Part shown: positions 50,006 to 52,898 of the stretch, in pieces
Position numbering within the stretch: position 1 is the first letter of the stretch
Layout: the number at the start of each line of letters is the position of its first letter
From: Octopus bimaculoides
Taxonomy: Eukaryota
Assembly (NCBI RefSeq): GCF_001194135.2
Contig: NC_068995.1
Location: forward strand, 1,193,676 to 1,246,573
Length of the DNA: 52,898 nucleotides
Reading direction: 5' to 3'
Translations under genes and position numbers: made by a program
The notes under the pieces: generated by a model
Told to the model about the DNA's origin: nothing
Databases searched by the model: none
The model's input: the letters and a program-made list of their open reading frames with translations, nothing else

Positions 50006-51023
50006 GGGGGGGGGGAAATGTGGTGTGTGTGTGTGTGTCAAATTGTCAATTAAACTATGGAAAGATCTTTATCTCTAACGACTTTAATTAAGCCCTGTGT
50101 AGAAAGGCCCAGTGGTTTGGGATGGTTAAGTGGTGGGGGAAGGGATGTACGATGTGTTGCAGTGACTAAAAGGTTAAATTTTAAAGACCAGAAAGTGTGG
50201 CCTTTGCAAGGAAGGTCTGTCGCCACCACCAAACACATGAGGCGGGGAGGGGGGGGTCTGGAGAAGGGAGCCCTTACAGTCCTGTCAACCTGCTAGATAT
50301 ACCAACCAAACCTCATACAAATCACATCTTGTTGGCTTAAACCTCCAACATTTAAACTGGCCACATCAGGCCCAAATATTCTTGTTTTATGTTCAAACCA
50401 ACCAGATCTGACTTCTCACACCTACCCTACAAAGTCATTCTAAATATAAACACGTCAACGAAATCTTAAAGCTATGAGATAATGCCTGATTAATTTAAAA
50501 GGTATGTGAATAAAAAAAACGGGTCACAGAGTGACCTGGATGCTAAAGGGCTAAATGAGGAGGGACAAGTCTGAAAAGCAGGAGTTGGAATGGTCATGGG
50601 TGGAAGACATTTGGCAATGGGTTTGTTTGGTCAATCCTGACCTGAGATTAAGTAACAACCACCACCCAATCACGCAGTTTCACTCTCTTTACCCTAACAT
50701 TATTATTATTATTATCATCAACATTCTCTTTAGTAAGGCATGAATATCACACAATCTCACGGCTTGCTATGACTATGTGGCTTTCATTTTGTATAAATGG
50801 CAGAATCAGTAGAGCATCAAGCCAAATAGTGTTGTGATATTTGGTTGTCTCTTTACATCTAGAGTTCAAGCCCTACTGGGGATTTTTATTTTTCATCATT
50901 CTGGGGTCAGTATCAAGTCCCATGCAATGGGCTAATGTTATCTAAGTTTCTGTTACCCAAATGTCTCTTTCTCACTAAATATTTTCCCATTATTAACCTT
51001 CATTATTCTCTCTCTATTTCCAG

Positions 51024-51080
51024 CCCTTGTCATCCAGTTTGTTTGCCACAGATTTTTAGAGTACCATGACCCTACAATAG
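51024..51080 (+). CDS. RIT1: Rit/Ric GTPase coding exon 2: (A)LVIQFVCHRFLEYHDPTI
   Basis: Acceptor tctctatttccAG, donor GTGAGT, phase 1/1; the HDPTIE effector loop is the Rit-family signature. Confidence 0.95.
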
Positions 51081-51809
51081 GTGAGTATTTGTTGTTGTTC
51101 TCCTTTTTCTTTCTTTCTTTTTTTTTTCTTTGCTTGTATCTTTTTATTATTTTTATCAGATCTCAGCCTCGCTCAACCTCAACATCACCTGCCTCCAATG
51201 AGCTGAACATCTTGCAAGGATGCCTTTCAGCTGTAGATCTTACTCTAGTGTTCTGAGAGAAGGAACTAAACCTACAGACAAGACAACAAAGGCTCCACTT
51301 CAAAGACACGCTGAAGAGAGATCTGGAACCAGACACCTGGACACAAAACAGCCAAACATCAAACTTTCTCCTATTCCTTCTCCATTGAAGAATGACAGTG
51401 GACAGCCCAAAGAATATGGAAATTTTGAGATGATACTGCCAGATAGAACAATCATATGAGTTGCCTGTTGATGAGCGATGCTGCTGTTGCTGCCACATGG
51501 CCATTTGAAGTGGTGAAGGCAAGGCAGCAGCTTTGTGTGATGGTTATACAAGTCTTCTGTGATGGGGTGGGTGTAAAGACCAGAAGAAACCACAACACCC
51601 AGGTAGAATTAAAAGGAAGTAGCTCATTAAGATATCAAAGTATTCTTTAGACCAATGACCTGATTGAAATACTTTACAATAAATTATTTTCTCTGAGCTA
51701 TCATAGCTATGATTTGTCTTTGTTGATCCATCTTAGCTATGATTTATCTTTGCTGTTGACTTATCATAAGCATGAGTTCTGACCAACTCCCATTCTGTCT
51801 CACTTCCAG

Positions 51810-51883
51810 AGGATGCCTACCAACAACAAGCTCGCATTGATGGGGAGCCAGCTCAGCTGGACATTCTGGACACTGCTGGACAG
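51810..51883 (+). CDS. RIT1: Rit/Ric GTPase coding exon 3: (E)DAYQQQARIDGEPAQLDILDTAGQ
   Basis: Acceptor cacttccAG, donor GTAGGT; DTAGQ (G3) motif. Confidence 0.96.
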
Positions 51884-52016
51884 GTAGGTGACTTATGGAC
51901 AATGGGGGTGAAAAGATGATGGAGTGGTAGAATGTTTGGGTAGGATGGGTATACCTTAGATATTTTACGGCTGTCACACATTTTCATAAATAAACACACA
52001 AACTGTGCTGGATTGT

Positions 52017-52059
<43 letters not shown>

Positions 52060-52301
52060 CGCACCCATAAATATGATTCAACCAGAGTCTTTGTATGGTC
52101 AATTGATCTACTGGAAATAGCCAAATTTCTTTTAAAACAAACCCCACTGTTTTCAAAAAAAAAAGGGACCACGTGATCTAATGTAATCCTAGCTGTAATG
52201 TAATCATCATTGTCATCAATAACATCAACAACCCCATTATATCTGACAGCAATCACAAAAGATATTGAATTAAGATACACTGATTGTAATCTCCATTGCA
52301 G

Positions 52302-52493
52302 CCTGAATTCACAGCCATGCGTGAGCAGTACATGAGGAAAGGCGAAGGTTTTATCATCTGTTATTCCATTACTGACCGAAGAAGTTTTGAAGAAGCCATC
52401 ACTTACAAGAAATTGATTGACCGGGTTCGAAATCGTGAAGATATTCCTATTGTAATGGTTGGCAACAAGTGTGATTTGGAAGAGATGAGAAAG
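52302..52493 (+). CDS. RIT1: Rit/Ric GTPase coding exon 4: [31 protein letters not shown]...[14 protein letters not shown]; the gene continues beyond the window
   Basis: Acceptor ccattgcAG, donor GTTTGG; [25 protein letters not shown] and NKxD (G4). The G5/C-terminal exon is not in the window. Confidence 0.96.
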
Positions 52494-52745
52494 GTTTGGT
52501 GACATTTCTTCCTCTTCACTTTCTCTCCACTAATATCTCACCTCTTTCTCTCTCTCTCTTTATTCTTGTCTGTCTATTTCTCATTGTCATTCCCTCTTGT
52601 GCTATCTCTCTCTCTTTTAGGGTCTCCCTTTCTGTTTTTCTCTTTCAGTCTGTCTCTATTTCTCTCTCTCTCTTTTAGGGTCTCCCTTTCTTTCTCTCTC
52701 TCATTGCCTGTACCGTTCCCTTTCCTTCAGTTTATCTGTCCTTAT

Positions 52746-52780
<35 letters not shown>

Positions 52781-52898
52781 CCTCCCTCCTTTTTCTCTGT
52801 CTCTCTCATTGTTACTTTCTCTCTCCTGTCTATCTCTATGTTTATCATTCTCTCTCTCTTTCACATTCAGTCTTTGCCACCCCACCCCTTCAGGTAGT

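Noticed and set aside
52600-52695. Duplicated CTCTCTTTTAGGGTCTCCCTTTCT as possible Rit acceptors
   Set aside because: The following sequence does not encode the expected G5 region; it is a local duplication within a CT tract.

Overview
Eukaryotic (animal) genomic DNA. The dense (CA)n/(TA)n/(GA)n/(CAT)n microsatellites and the SINE/LINE types fit an Octopus or other coleoid cephalopod; this is an inference from repeat style, not a database hit. Two genes can be built with canonical splice sites and consistent phases. (1) A complete 5-exon PPCDC (CoaC/HAL3-type phosphopantothenoylcysteine decarboxylase, 209 aa) on the minus strand, 4805-8960. (2) The first four coding exons of a Rit/Ric small GTPase on the plus strand, 15987-52493; it has a ~35 kb first coding intron and continues past the window end. 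The genes are head-to-head. The rest is mariner/Tc1/maT remnants, RTE and REL-endonuclease LINE 3' ends, many tRNA-headed SINEs, two fold-back elements and five N gaps. Most notable leads: a hammerhead-ribozyme core with every conserved nucleotide, embedded in a 27-bp hairpin (3653-3731); a second, degenerate hammerhead-like tail on a tRNA-headed SINE (~10150); a SINE-tail sequence inside the PPCDC coding C-terminus; and a 7-unit RFX X-box minisatellite beside a candidate unrecognised antisense gene nested in the Rit intron. Most ORFs in the supplied track are microsatellite or N-gap artefacts. All alignments and counts were done by eye.
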